NCBI GenBank assembly: GCA_040217195.1
Contig: JAVJNR010000004.1
Coordinates: 96,001-160,000 of the forward strand
Origin: Leptospiraceae bacterium
GTDB taxonomy: Bacteria > Spirochaetota > Leptospiria > Leptospirales > Leptonemataceae
Direction of reading: 5' to 3'
DNA length: 64,000 bases
Made by a program: the position numbers and the translations under genes. The notes beneath the pieces were generated by a model, which saw nothing but the letters and a program-made list of their open reading frames with translations, ran no database searches and had not been told where the DNA came from. Shown in pieces: positions 10,156 to 20,506 of this stretch. Position 1 is the first letter of the stretch. Each line of letters opens with the position of its first letter.

Positions 10156-11211
10156 TCACCCCCTCAGATGGCGGTTACGATATTCAGTAGGCGTTTCGCC
10201 GGTAAGCTTGCGAAAGGCAAGGTTGAATGGAGCCAGAGACTGATATCCCAGGTCAAAGGCAACTTCCAGGATGTTCTTTTTTCGTAGATTCGGATCTTTC
10301 AATACTTCCTGAGCATCCTGAATTCGATGTGCATTCAGGAATTGATTGAAGTTTGCATATCTTAGTTCGCCATTAATCAATCGCCTCAAACGGTACTCCT
10401 GGCAGCCCAGAAATGATGCCAGTTGTCCAATGGTAAGTCCCTCTCTGTGGTGAACCTTATCCAATAAAATTGACTTCTGGAGCGCCCCAAGCAAATCTTT
10501 TTCTGCATTGGAGGTTGTGGGTAGATCCTTCAAGGTTCTGGGCCCGGCCGAGGGAAAAAGATCGGCTCTGGGGCTGAGAAGCCATAGCATCAATCCGGTG
10601 GTTAGCAGAAGTATCAGTGCTACCTTCAGGGCTTCCAGACTCAACGGAACCTTTTGCCCGGCGAAGAATATTTCTGTAACTGCAACACCAAGAGAAAGAA
10701 TGCCGATTCCTCCAAAGATCCAGAATCGCAGTCGGTATCTCCAGGGGATTAGATCCGAGGGCAACCCTCTTAGAATCGTATAAAAGGCAGCCAGAACAAA
10801 CCCGGAAAGGAGCGATTGCGGCATAGAGGAAATGAATTGCAGCAGGATTGAATCAAGTTGCCCTGCATTACCCGCGGCCATAAGAGCAGGCTTAATCTGC
10901 ACCAGCAAAAAAGCCGCAGGAGCAGCCACAAGGATCAGTCCCACCGATTTCCAGGAAGGCCGAAACCCATCATTAAAGACTGCCAGACAGAGTAGATAGA
11001 AGGCAGGCATGGGTAGTAAAGCCACTATGTGAATTAGATGCGCCACCGGCGGCGGAAAGACCTGGCTGCCGGCCAGTAGATGCCCGGTAATGGAAAGTGC
11101 AAATAGTGCCATAAATCGAGACACCATTGCACCATGGTAAATCATAATGCCAGCCAGAGTGAGTAGCTGGACTATACTCATCCAGGTCAGGTTCTCCAGC
11201 ACATTTCCCAT
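10156..11211 (-). CDS. AraC-family regulator with N-terminal multi-TM sensor domain
   Basis: About 7 hydrophobic helices then LTIGQLA...LRRLIN...NFNQFLNAHRI...ILEVAFDLGYQSLAPFNLAFRKLTGETPTEYR. Confidence 0.92.
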   Translation of the reverse strand: MGNVLENLTWMSIVQLLTLAGIMIYHGAMVSRFMALFALSITGHLLAGSQVFPPPVAHLIHIVALLPMPAFYLLCLAVFNDGFRPSWKSVGLILVAAPAAFLLVQIKPALMAAGNAGQLDSILLQFISSMPQSLLSGFVLAAFYTILRGLPSDLIPWRYRLRFWIFGGIGILSLGVAVTEIFFAGQKVPLSLEALKVALILLLTTGLMLWLLSPRADLFPSAGPRTLKDLPTTSNAEKDLLGALQKSILLDKVHHREGLTIGQLASFLGCQEYRLRRLINGELRYANFNQFLNAHRIQDAQEVLKDPNLRKKNILEVAFDLGYQSLAPFNLAFRKLTGETPTEYRNRHLRG

Positions 11212-11396
11212 TACAGAGCCAGCTAAAGTCCGGCCAGGAGGAAAATCAATTGAATCCCGTTCATTGCGCAGCGTTTCGCAACCATGAGTCCAGAGCTAAT
11301 GCCTGGACTTTCCTGCCGCCGGGCGCTCTGGACCGGTTTTTTTACTTCACCTGGTTGGATGCAAATCCATATTAACGTTTGGAAGATTCATGCGTT

Positions 11397-14051
11397 ATGA
11401 AAAAAAAGAAAATCCCTCTGCTCTTTCTGGCAGCACTTTTCATTACTCCTACATTAAAGGCAGAAACTGTCTATCTGGATGGGCCCTGGTTTATTCGCCA
11501 GGGGTTTGAACTGGAATACGTGGACCCGGAGCATGCACCGGAAAAGCTGGGACCTGAAGGAAATACCATTCCTCACTTTTTTACGGATACACCGCAGCGG
11601 CCTATCCAGGCGGTGTGGCGCAAAACCAACTATCCCATTGATCTAAGCCATTGGAATAACTCCGATTACAGAGGCTGGATTACGCTAAAGTATTCTGTTC
11701 CAGTTAACAATGTACTTGCGGCCCCCAACGACGAAATTCAGTCCCAGCGAAAGAATCATAGAAGCCTGGCAATCCTGGCCGGCGTAATGTCCGATGTATC
11801 TAGAGTTTACATCAACGGTCATTTCATTGGAGGCCTGGGACAGGTAGAGCCATATGAAAATGGCAGCTACTTAACATTCCTGGAAAGCTTTCCAGAGGAT
11901 TTGCTCCAGGGCAGCCAGCAATTAGATATTACCATCGCTCTATTCAGAAATGAGGATTACAATCTGTATCTTTCGGATAGCAGAATTCAGATTGGACCGG
12001 CCGAGGAAGTTTTTGGGTATTACTATGCAGAGGAAATCATTGGATTTGCATTGCTGAGTATTTATGGAGCTGTAGGGTTCTACCATCTACTCTTATTTTC
12101 GCGACGCAGGAATGAACTGCACAATCTTTATTTCGGACTCTTTTGTCTTGGTGTCACTCTTTACTGGTTTTTTCGCACAGGCAGCCGGGATCTGGTATTC
12201 TCTAACCACGCTCTGGCGCGAACCACTGTAGAATATAGTCTGCTCTTTACCCTGGGCCCCACGCTGTTACTATTTCTATCACAGTTCTTCTATCAAAGGC
12301 ACAGTAAGATTGGAGTTGGCTATGCAATCTTTTGCGGAGTCCTGATTGCTGGAACCATTGTATCTCCCTACTCCATCAAGGCAAAACTATTAACTCTGTG
12401 GCAGCTCAGCGCTCTGCCATTCTTGATCTATTTTATGTTTTATGTTATTCGAGAAGTCATACGCAAGAATAGAGATGCCACCTGGTTGCTGGCTGGATTC
12501 CTATTTCTTTCCGTTGCGGCCATTCATGATATTCTGGCCGCCAGAGGAATTCTAAATACACCGCACCTTGGTCGCTATTCTTTTGTGATCTTTATTCTTG
12601 GCATAGCAGGCATACTGGCCAATCGATTTGTGCGAGTGCATAATCAGGTAGAAGAGCTCAATCAGAACCTGGAAAAGAAGGTAGAAAAGCGAACAGAGGA
12701 ATTACAGAAAACTCTGCAGGAAATTAGAACTCTTAAGGTACAGCAGGATGGAGATTATTACCTTACTTCGCTTTTGATCAAACCACTGGGCGGTAACTTT
12801 GTGGATAGCCGTTTTGTGGATATTGATATCCTAATGCGTCAAAAAAAGCAATTTCAGTTTCGCCGCTGGGAAGCAGAGATTGGCGGGGATCTGGTGGCTT
12901 CCCATTCCATAGAGCTCCAGGGAAAGCGCTACGCTGCATTCGTAAATGGGGATGCGATGGGAAAGTCCATACAGGGCGCAGGCGGCGCTCTGGTTCTGGG
13001 AGTTGTTTTCAAAGCAATAATATCCAGGACCCAGCAGTCCGCAGAGATGCAAAGCCAGAGTCCAGAAAAGTGGCTACGAATTTGCTTCGAGGAGCTTCAA
13101 AACATCTTTGTTTCCTTTGATGGTACGATGATGATTTCTGCAGTTCTGGGTCTGGTAGACGAATCCACGGGCCTCCTCTATTTCGTAAACGCGGAGCATC
13201 CCTGGACTGTTTTGTATCGAGATCAAAAGGCAACCTTCATCGAAGATGGGCTGCAGCTGCGAAAGATTGGCATTGATGCACTGGCCGGGAAGCTCCAGGT
13301 CCAGATTTTTGACATGCAACCTAATGATGTAATTTTTGTAGGCTCCGATGGCAGAGATGACATTCAGATTGGAGAAGATGGCTCCGGATACCGCATTATC
13401 AACGAAGATGAAAACCAGTTTCTGCGCCGGGTGGAGGAAGGCCAGGGTCAACTGGACCTAATCGAAGAGCGTATCCTTGCCCGTGGACTACTCACCGATG
13501 ATTTTACTTTGATCCGTATTGCCTATAAAGAAGATGCTCCTATTCAGGAGGATCCAGACCCCGGTCTCAAGCTTCGTTGGGATGCACTTAAGCCGCAATA
13601 CATAAGCCAATCCGCCGATGCAGGAGCTCGGGGATTAATTGAGCTTCTAAATCATGTTTCCGGGCTCAGCATTTTCCCGACTCAGAAAGAGGTACTGCGC
13701 GAAATGGCTCAGGCGGCCGGTCGTCAGAAGGATCATCATCTGTGTACAAAGATCTATGAAGTACTGCTGGACCGATTTCCCAACGAGACAGATGCTTTGT
13801 TCAAGCTATCCTATCACTTGAAATTGGCCGGGAAGTATTCCAGGGCAGCAGATGTAGGAGAGCAACTGAGGCTCAGGGACCGGGATATGATAAACAATCT
13901 GGTGAACCTCTCGGACAGCCATCGATTGTCCGGCAACATGGATCGAGCCAGAAAGATATTGCAGGAACTGAAAGTTCTGGATCCAGGCAATGAGCATCTA
14001 TCCCTTCTGGAAACCAAAGTAATGGAAAACCAAAAAGCCAGCTCCAGCTAA
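11397..14051 (+). CDS. 7TM-DISM-type sensor / SpoIIE (PP2C) phosphatase with C-terminal TPR
   Basis: Signal peptide, periplasmic domain, 7 TM, coiled coil, IGGD / GDAMGK / GSDG / TDD PP2C motifs, TPR-like helices; ATG 11397 within ORF from 11379. Confidence 0.88.
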   Translation: MKKKKIPLLFLAALFITPTLKAETVYLDGPWFIRQGFELEYVDPEHAPEKLGPEGNTIPHFFTDTPQRPIQAVWRKTNYPIDLSHWNNSDYRGWITLKYSVPVNNVLAAPNDEIQSQRKNHRSLAILAGVMSDVSRVYINGHFIGGLGQVEPYENGSYLTFLESFPEDLLQGSQQLDITIALFRNEDYNLYLSDSRIQIGPAEEVFGYYYAEEIIGFALLSIYGAVGFYHLLLFSRRRNELHNLYFGLFCLGVTLYWFFRTGSRDLVFSNHALARTTVEYSLLFTLGPTLLLFLSQFFYQRHSKIGVGYAIFCGVLIAGTIVSPYSIKAKLLTLWQLSALPFLIYFMFYVIREVIRKNRDATWLLAGFLFLSVAAIHDILAARGILNTPHLGRYSFVIFILGIAGILANRFVRVHNQVEELNQNLEKKVEKRTEELQKTLQEIRTLKVQQDGDYYLTSLLIKPLGGNFVDSRFVDIDILMRQKKQFQFRRWEAEIGGDLVASHSIELQGKRYAAFVNGDAMGKSIQGAGGALVLGVVFKAIISRTQQSAEMQSQSPEKWLRICFEELQNIFVSFDGTMMISAVLGLVDESTGLLYFVNAEHPWTVLYRDQKATFIEDGLQLRKIGIDALAGKLQVQIFDMQPNDVIFVGSDGRDDIQIGEDGSGYRIINEDENQFLRRVEEGQGQLDLIEERILARGLLTDDFTLIRIAYKEDAPIQEDPDPGLKLRWDALKPQYISQSADAGARGLIELLNHVSGLSIFPTQKEVLREMAQAAGRQKDHHLCTKIYEVLLDRFPNETDALFKLSYHLKLAGKYSRAADVGEQLRLRDRDMINNLVNLSDSHRLSGNMDRARKILQELKVLDPGNEHLSLLETKVMENQKASSS

Positions 14052-14079
14052 ACAGGTATTTCACAAAGAGAGAATCACA

Positions 14080-14502
14080 ATGACTGTAACTCAATATTTG
14101 AAACAATTACAGCATCCGCAGAAGGGCGATATTCTTAGATTGCATAAATTCATGCGAAAGGAATTTCCGCACCACAGGGCTGCCCTCTGGGGACCCTCGG
14201 AAGACATCCTGGGTTACGGCTCCTACGATTATGTTTATGATAGTGGTCGAAAGGGATCCTGGTTTCTGTTTGGATTTGCAGCCAGAAAAGGTTTTGTTAG
14301 CGTCTATTGTATGGCTTCTTGCAAGGACGGCTATTTGACCGATGAATTCAGTAAAAAGCTGGGTCCTGTAAAAACCGGAAAATGCTGCATCAATATAAAG
14401 GATTTCTCAAAAGTCGATGAGAATCAATTACAATCCTTGATGCGCCAGGGAGTGGCTGGAATCAAAGAAGATGCGAAGTCAAAAGGTTGGTCTTTTCGCT
14501 AG
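14080..14502 (+). CDS. DUF1801 (YdhG-like) protein
   Basis: ILGYGSYDYVYDSGR.GSWF..GFAARK...GKCCINIK pattern. Confidence 0.75.
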   Translation: MTVTQYLKQLQHPQKGDILRLHKFMRKEFPHHRAALWGPSEDILGYGSYDYVYDSGRKGSWFLFGFAARKGFVSVYCMASCKDGYLTDEFSKKLGPVKTGKCCINIKDFSKVDENQLQSLMRQGVAGIKEDAKSKGWSFR

Positions 14503-14660
14503 AACAAAAAAGATCCAGCCCCTGCAAATGCAGGAATTTAAGACCATCCATGACCGGGCAGAAGCCAATCCCGAAATTATTATAAGCGTCAGACTTTGTT
14601 ACGATCCTCAAGCAATCATAAAACCGAGCGAAAGTACCGCCACCCTGAAATTTCAAAGAA

Positions 14661-15401
14661 TTAGTTCATTACCTCGGTAATTAATGTATCATCGTATTTC
14701 GAACCTTTGTATACCGATACGATCTCAATTGCAATAAAACTACCGTAAGTGTCCGAGGGCTTATGCCCGGGTAGCTGTATGGATTGCCAGGAATTGGAAT
14801 CCTTTAATTCAAACTCCTTCTGAGTAAGTACCTTCCAGTCACTGTAGAGCAGTCCCATCTGTGTTACATCACCTTTATGAGGACTGATAGCATAGACACG
14901 AATCTTTCTGGGCCGATTGTTGGCTTTGAACAGTGCATCGGTCATAGCAAAGCCAGGCCGAATTCGTATGGACTGCCTGGAATCCTCCAGCTTTACAATC
15001 AGCACTTCTCCAATGCCAGGGCCTTCCACTCCTTCAGCCCAGGCTGTATCTTCATTCTTATCAAAAGCTCGAAATGCGGCAAACATACAGGTCCAATCAT
15101 GGATATCCATATCGCCATCGAGCTCAACGTCATAATCAGGCATTCTTTCCGGAGGCTTGCCCTCCGCTTTCAGGAAGGAAGTGGCCCAGCGATCGGCATC
15201 GCCGGTAATTCCAAAATGCAATGGCACTCCATCCAGGGATCCTTTCTGTAGCAGAGTCTTTAAACTGGAGTTACCCGTTTCACAGGCCTGCCCCTCGTAG
15301 GCCTGGGCCTGAATGCCGGAGGTTCCCATCAGGCCAGCCAGCACGACCAGAGACAGAAGGGAGCGGCTCGAAAGTCCCCGGGCGGCATAAATCAAACTCA
15401 T
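14661..15401 (-). CDS. Exported discoidin / NADase-type glycan-binding domain protein
   Basis: AFDKNEDTAWAEG..G.GIGE, NNRPRKI, IEIVSVYKGSKYDDTLITEV; signal peptide from ATG 15401 (ORF extends to 15587). Confidence 0.7.
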   Translation of the reverse strand: MSLIYAARGLSSRSLLSLVVLAGLMGTSGIQAQAYEGQACETGNSSLKTLLQKGSLDGVPLHFGITGDADRWATSFLKAEGKPPERMPDYDVELDGDMDIHDWTCMFAAFRAFDKNEDTAWAEGVEGPGIGEVLIVKLEDSRQSIRIRPGFAMTDALFKANNRPRKIRVYAISPHKGDVTQMGLLYSDWKVLTQKEFELKDSNSWQSIQLPGHKPSDTYGSFIAIEIVSVYKGSKYDDTLITEVMN

Positions 15402-15576
15402 CCATCCATTTCGAATAGACCGGATGTGCGGGGCGCTGGCTTTTCTGTAAGTCTTGATTCTAAGGAGCTTCAGGAATCGATTAACTGCGTATGCCATGCA
15501 TTGATAGACGAATTCTACCGGCCAGGGGCAATCATTTTTCGTTGAGTCTTGAGATAGCCTGTGGGCGAATGCAATT

Positions 15577-16566
15577 GTGAAGAGCACTCTGGACTGGACC
15601 TACTGCAAATATGCGAATCGAAACCCATTCTTTCCAGAAGGCTGGGGTGATCCGGAGCTTCTACGGTACCTGTTAAGAAAAGATGTAGGTGTGGTAGAAA
15701 ACCGAAAGGTAAAACCGATTAAGGTTAGCCATGAAATAAAACGCAGAGTACCGGGCGGCACCGCAAAGGAAGGAAGTTTTGAAAGTCCCTATGAGTTTCG
15801 TTGGAAAAGAAAGGAATATCTACCAGACTATGCACGGACGGCTCGGTATCTCTTACTGGAACCGGAGCAGGGTTCCAGCTCCTTAATAATACATTTTGCT
15901 GCCACCGGTGATGAAGGATACTCTCGACGTAGACGTATTGCGCTACCATTATTGAAAAAAGGTATTTCGCAACTCATTCTTGAAAATCCTTACTATGGTA
16001 GTAGACGGCATCCAGAACAGAAAAAGGCCGTTCTACCCACAGTGTTAAGTCTAATGCGAATGTCCCGGGCAGCCCAGGATGAAGGGATGGCTCTGGCACG
16101 GTACTTTCGCAAACAGGGTTATGAGAGAATCATGATGACCGGTATCAGTATGGGCGGTTACGTAGCTGCGGCCGCAGGAAGAGAGCTGAATTTTCCGGTG
16201 CGCATTTGCTGCCTGGTTCCATCCCACAGTGCAGCGCCGGTGTACACCGAGGCTGCGCTGCAAACAGCCTGCGATTGGCCCACACTGTACAGAACCAATC
16301 CACTTCCGGAAGAACATCCACTGCTGGTAATGCGCCGTTTATTTGGTATCTCCGATTTGCATCGCCATAAGGCCAGAAGAAAGAACTTTCAGGCAAGTAT
16401 TATTGGTGGGCGCAAAGATGCCTACATACCGGAGTATTCGGTTGAGATTGTGCATCGCGCTTTACCAGGATCTACTCTGGAATGGATTCGCACAGGCCAT
16501 GTGGGTGCTTTTATTCTGGGTACCGGTCTTTATAGGAGGAGAATGTTAGAATTGATGCAGAACTAG
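15577..16566 (+). CDS. Alpha/beta hydrolase (ABHD18/DUF2048-like)
   Basis: FFPEGWG, AATGDEG, LENPYYG, nucleophile GISMGG, DAYIP, GHV. Confidence 0.85.
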   Translation: MKSTLDWTYCKYANRNPFFPEGWGDPELLRYLLRKDVGVVENRKVKPIKVSHEIKRRVPGGTAKEGSFESPYEFRWKRKEYLPDYARTARYLLLEPEQGSSSLIIHFAATGDEGYSRRRRIALPLLKKGISQLILENPYYGSRRHPEQKKAVLPTVLSLMRMSRAAQDEGMALARYFRKQGYERIMMTGISMGGYVAAAAGRELNFPVRICCLVPSHSAAPVYTEAALQTACDWPTLYRTNPLPEEHPLLVMRRLFGISDLHRHKARRKNFQASIIGGRKDAYIPEYSVEIVHRALPGSTLEWIRTGHVGAFILGTGLYRRRMLELMQN

Positions 16567-16712
16567 TTCAACCTGTGCGCGCCAGAGTACATTTCCGTGC
16601 AAATCCGCCCAGCACTGGCTGAGCCTGAGGAATTGAGAGTTTCTGGTAGCCAGATATGAATACACTGGATTCTTAAAAGAGCGGATAAAAGCGCCGCCGG
16701 GACCTTCCTGAA

Positions 16713-17525
16713 TCAGGAACCGGGAAGTGCAATTCGCTCAATTGTACTTCGATCGATAGAGATTCGCCTGGTTTCCACCTCTGCATCCTCTGCAGAAATG
16801 CCAAATTGAACCTGAGCAATATCGGATTTTGAAATAGTCTTTGTAGGTTCTCCATCCGGTTTTTTCAGACGAATGGTCATGGATGTACGGTTCTGGTCCA
16901 CCACTCGACCATCCAGAACATCTCCGTTTTTCATGCGAACCCGGTCAACAGTGCCCGAGGACTCTTCGCCTTCCGGAGTACCCTCCGGCCTGACTTCAAC
17001 CTCAATTTCAATAACATCTTTCTGGATTTCCACCAGTCGCCCCTGGTGCGAAGATCCATCCTTTAGAATGAATATTGGCTGCAGCCTATTGGATCTGGAT
17101 TTTCCTTCATCCTTTAAATGCTGTGCGATGGTATCGTCTACCTGCTTCTGGATTTGCTCCGGTGTGCGAATTACCACCTCCTGATTGCACTCCTGAAGTA
17201 TAACCGTATGTCTGGTTACGGTGGTAAAAAAGCCCAGGCTGACATTGACTACCCAGTCCAGCCATTGATCTTCCATCATATAGTTATAAGTACGATTGGC
17301 CTGAAACTCATGCTTGCTAAAGTCTGCATCCCAGATTCGATACATATCCCAGAGAGCCTGCCACTGCCCATCCGTTTGAACGGCTTTGCAGCTCACTTCC
17401 GAAGCTCCCAGCGCAACCGGAGACTGGGATCGATGGACCAGAGATCGTGAAGTGCAATCCGTGAATACCAGCATGGATAGACCCAGAAATGAAATGAAAA
17501 AGAAAGACGTTACGGTTCGCTTCAT
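16713..17525 (-). CDS. Putative lipoprotein with nested small beta-barrel (Sm/SH3-like) repeats
   Basis: Signal MKRTVTSFFFISFLGLSMLVFTDC; two LKDG/MKNG...GR modules. Confidence 0.7.
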   Translation of the reverse strand: MKRTVTSFFFISFLGLSMLVFTDCTSRSLVHRSQSPVALGASEVSCKAVQTDGQWQALWDMYRIWDADFSKHEFQANRTYNYMMEDQWLDWVVNVSLGFFTTVTRHTVILQECNQEVVIRTPEQIQKQVDDTIAQHLKDEGKSRSNRLQPIFILKDGSSHQGRLVEIQKDVIEIEVEVRPEGTPEGEESSGTVDRVRMKNGDVLDGRVVDQNRTSMTIRLKKPDGEPTKTISKSDIAQVQFGISAEDAEVETRRISIDRSTIERIALPGS

Positions 17526-17647
17526 AATGTATCCTCTGGAAAACTTCCATTGGCAACCCGGAAAAACCCGAATCAGGAAGTACTGAATTGACTGTCCGTT
17601 TAACAGGAATATAGTCAAGTAAATGGTTTTTTCCTCGCAGTATGGTT

Positions 17648-18439
17648 TCAGAGTTTCTCGCAGTCCACAGAGCCTGCAAAATAGACTCCACCGATTCCGT
17701 AGCGAAATCGCAATGGAAAGATTTTAAGCCCTTGATCCGCAGAATGTTTCAATGCCTTTTCAAATGCTGGATCAATCTCGGCTGCAGGTCTAAATTTCTG
17801 TCCTTCCGGTCGGGACAGAGCGAAGATTACGCCACAGGCAAAGCCACTCTTCGAAAGTTTGCCCAGATGTACAATATGTCTGGCTCCTCTTTCTGAAATG
17901 GCATCCGGGAATTGAATATAGGAACCGCGAATCTGGGTCACATTCTTCACTTCCAGAATCCAGCCATGCCAGTACAGATCCGGACGAAAATCCAGGTCCT
18001 TTAGCACCGGCTCGGTGAGTACCGAGGCGCCGGTTTTTTCAAGCCTTCGAATGGCCGATGCAGACAAAAGGCTCCTGGCATCCTTCTTTCCCATTGAAGC
18101 GGTATCCGGCAATGTGAGCGCTCCTTTTTCCAGTGCAGCCAGAACAATTCCATTGGTTCGCATGGTATTTACACCAATCCACCCTCTTTTGCTTCGAAGT
18201 AGCTCCAGGGTGGCAGGGAGCTTTGCACCGGTCTTTTTGATCTGTTCTGCGGATTTCCAGGAGATAATTGCCCTTCCCCCTTCCTGAAGACAGCTTTTCA
18301 TGGATCCGGTATTGGGATTATGGACCGTCAAAACTTCCCCGTTATCCCGCCGAACATCCACCAGGAAGCGCTTGTAGCGCTTGAGGAAAGTGACCTCTTC
18401 CAGATCCTGATCCGGTACCAATTCTTTCAAAATTTTCAT
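17648..18439 (-). CDS. sfsA: DNA/RNA nuclease SfsA (sugar fermentation stimulation protein)
   Basis: KRYKRFLVDV, HNPNTGSM, EVKNVT, FPDAISERG..H. Confidence 0.93.
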   Translation of the reverse strand: MKILKELVPDQDLEEVTFLKRYKRFLVDVRRDNGEVLTVHNPNTGSMKSCLQEGGRAIISWKSAEQIKKTGAKLPATLELLRSKRGWIGVNTMRTNGIVLAALEKGALTLPDTASMGKKDARSLLSASAIRRLEKTGASVLTEPVLKDLDFRPDLYWHGWILEVKNVTQIRGSYIQFPDAISERGARHIVHLGKLSKSGFACGVIFALSRPEGQKFRPAAEIDPAFEKALKHSADQGLKIFPLRFRYGIGGVYFAGSVDCEKL

Positions 18440-18499
18440 TCGCAGTCCAGAAAGGCCAAAAAATCGTGGCCATAGGTGAAGGGGAGACGTTTTCCTCTC

Positions 18500-18525
18500 T
18501 ATAGTGGAAAATGATTCCCATTATT
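18500..18525 (+). promoter_or_regulatory. -10 (TATAGT) followed by Fur-box-like site upstream of korA
   Basis: GAAAATGATTCCCATTATT (18507-18525) matches 14/19 of GATAATGATAATCATTATC. Confidence 0.45.
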
Positions 18526-18628
18526 CCCATCAAGATAGCAGGAACCCTCGGGTTCGCTGCAACGAAAGATTCATCTCAAGAAATTGTCCAAAATATAATT
18601 CAGACTCAGTCAGATCCAAGGAAGCCCA

Positions 18629-20494
18629 ATGTCCACTTTACAGTCGGAAACTAAAACCAGTCGAGTAACTACAGCCATTGTTCGATTCGCCGGAGATTCC
18701 GGTGATGGAATGCAGCTGGCAGGAATGCAATTCACCAAAGCCACAGGAATCGCAGGAAACGATCTAATGACCTTTCCCGATTTCCCGGCTGAAATCCGTG
18801 CTCCCCAGGGAACCATGGCCGGAGTATCCGGATTTCAAATTCACTTTGGTAGCGATCATATTCATACTCCCGGAGATCGGGTGGATGTGCTGGTGGCCAT
18901 GAACCCTGCCGCCTTAAAAGCCAACCTCAAGGATCTGCGCCATGGAGGAACCCTCATTGTCAATACCAACGCTTTTGATGAACGGGCTCTTGCAAAGGTG
19001 CAGTATGATTCCAATCCGCTGGAAGATCCCCAGCTTCGCAGTGATTATAACGTGGTGGAAGCTCCCATTTCGGACCTGAACAAAACCGCTCTGGAAGATT
19101 TGAATCTTACGGCCAAAGAGGTGGATCGATCCAAGAATTTTTTTGCTCTGGGCATTACCTTCTGGTTATTCCAGAGAGATATGCAACCTACCATGGACTG
19201 GATTGCCAGTAAATTTCGCAATCATCCCAAGATCCAGCAAGCCAATGAAAGAGTGCTGAAAGCCGGTTATAACTTCGCAGAAACCTGTGAGTTGTTTCAA
19301 AATCGATACGAATTGACCCGTGCCGAATTTGATCCAGGCACCTACAGAAACATTACCGGGAATACGGCGATGGCCATTGGCCTTGCAGCGGCGGCTCACC
19401 TGGCAGATCTACCCATGTTGTATGCAGGCTATCCGATTACTCCTGCATCGGACATCCTCCATGAGATGGCCCGATATAAGAACTATGGAGTAAAGACATT
19501 CCAGGCCGAAGATGAAATCGCCGCTGTATGCGCTGCCATCGGTGCCTCATACGGTGGCACCATTGGAGTCACTGCCTCCTCCGGACCTGGAATCGCACTG
19601 AAGTCAGAAGCCATTAACCTGGCAGTGATGACAGAACTGCCATTGGTCGTCATCAATGTTCAGAGAGCCGGTCCATCCACTGGAATGCCTACCAAGACCG
19701 AGCAGGCAGATCTACTCCAGGTAATGTATGGCAGAAATGGCGAAAGCCCGGTAGCGATTCTGGCTCCATCGCGCCCCTCGGATTGCTTCTCCATAGCCAT
19801 TGAGGCGGTTCGATTGGCTCTTCTCTATATGACTCCGGTATTTATCCTGAGCGATGGCTACCTTGCAAACGGCTCAGAGCCCTGGAAGTTACCTCATCTG
19901 GCTGATCTACCCAAAATCAAAAAGCACTTTGTGCCCGAAGATGCAGATCCGGCCACCTTCCATGCATATGATCGAGATCCAGAAACCCTATCAAGGTTCT
20001 GGCCCGTTCCAGGCAGACCGGGCTTTGAGCATCGTATTGGAGGAATTGAGAAGGATTCCATTACCGGCAACATTAGCTATGATCCGGACAACCACCATAG
20101 AATGGTTGAAATTCGGCATAAAAGAATTGAAGGAATTGCTCAGAGCATTCCAGAACAGGAAGTTTTTGGAGATGAATCCGGAGATGTACTGATGCTTGGT
20201 TGGGGCTCCACCTACGGTTCTATTCGAACAGCCGTAGAGCATATGCGCGACCAGGGACATTCTGTATCCCATGCCCATCTGCAGTATATCAACCCGCTTC
20301 CGCGAAACCTGGAGAGCATTCTACGAAAATTTAAGAAAGTCATAATGCCAGAAATCAATACCGGACAACTGGCCATGATTCTACGTTCCAAATACTTGCT
20401 GGATATAGAACCATTCAGTAAGGTAAGAGGAAGGCCCATTAGCGTGGCGGACCTGGAAGATAAGATTGAAAGCACCATTAAAGGGCTGAGCTAA
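18629..20494 (+). CDS. korA: 2-oxoacid:ferredoxin oxidoreductase alpha subunit (with fused gamma domain)
   Basis: AGDSGDGMQ, PAEIRAP, YPITP, QAEDE, QRAGPSTG motifs. Confidence 0.93.
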   Translation: MSTLQSETKTSRVTTAIVRFAGDSGDGMQLAGMQFTKATGIAGNDLMTFPDFPAEIRAPQGTMAGVSGFQIHFGSDHIHTPGDRVDVLVAMNPAALKANLKDLRHGGTLIVNTNAFDERALAKVQYDSNPLEDPQLRSDYNVVEAPISDLNKTALEDLNLTAKEVDRSKNFFALGITFWLFQRDMQPTMDWIASKFRNHPKIQQANERVLKAGYNFAETCELFQNRYELTRAEFDPGTYRNITGNTAMAIGLAAAAHLADLPMLYAGYPITPASDILHEMARYKNYGVKTFQAEDEIAAVCAAIGASYGGTIGVTASSGPGIALKSEAINLAVMTELPLVVINVQRAGPSTGMPTKTEQADLLQVMYGRNGESPVAILAPSRPSDCFSIAIEAVRLALLYMTPVFILSDGYLANGSEPWKLPHLADLPKIKKHFVPEDADPATFHAYDRDPETLSRFWPVPGRPGFEHRIGGIEKDSITGNISYDPDNHHRMVEIRHKRIEGIAQSIPEQEVFGDESGDVLMLGWGSTYGSIRTAVEHMRDQGHSVSHAHLQYINPLPRNLESILRKFKKVIMPEINTGQLAMILRSKYLLDIEPFSKVRGRPISVADLEDKIESTIKGLS

Positions 20495-20506
20495 GGAGAA
20501 ATACCA

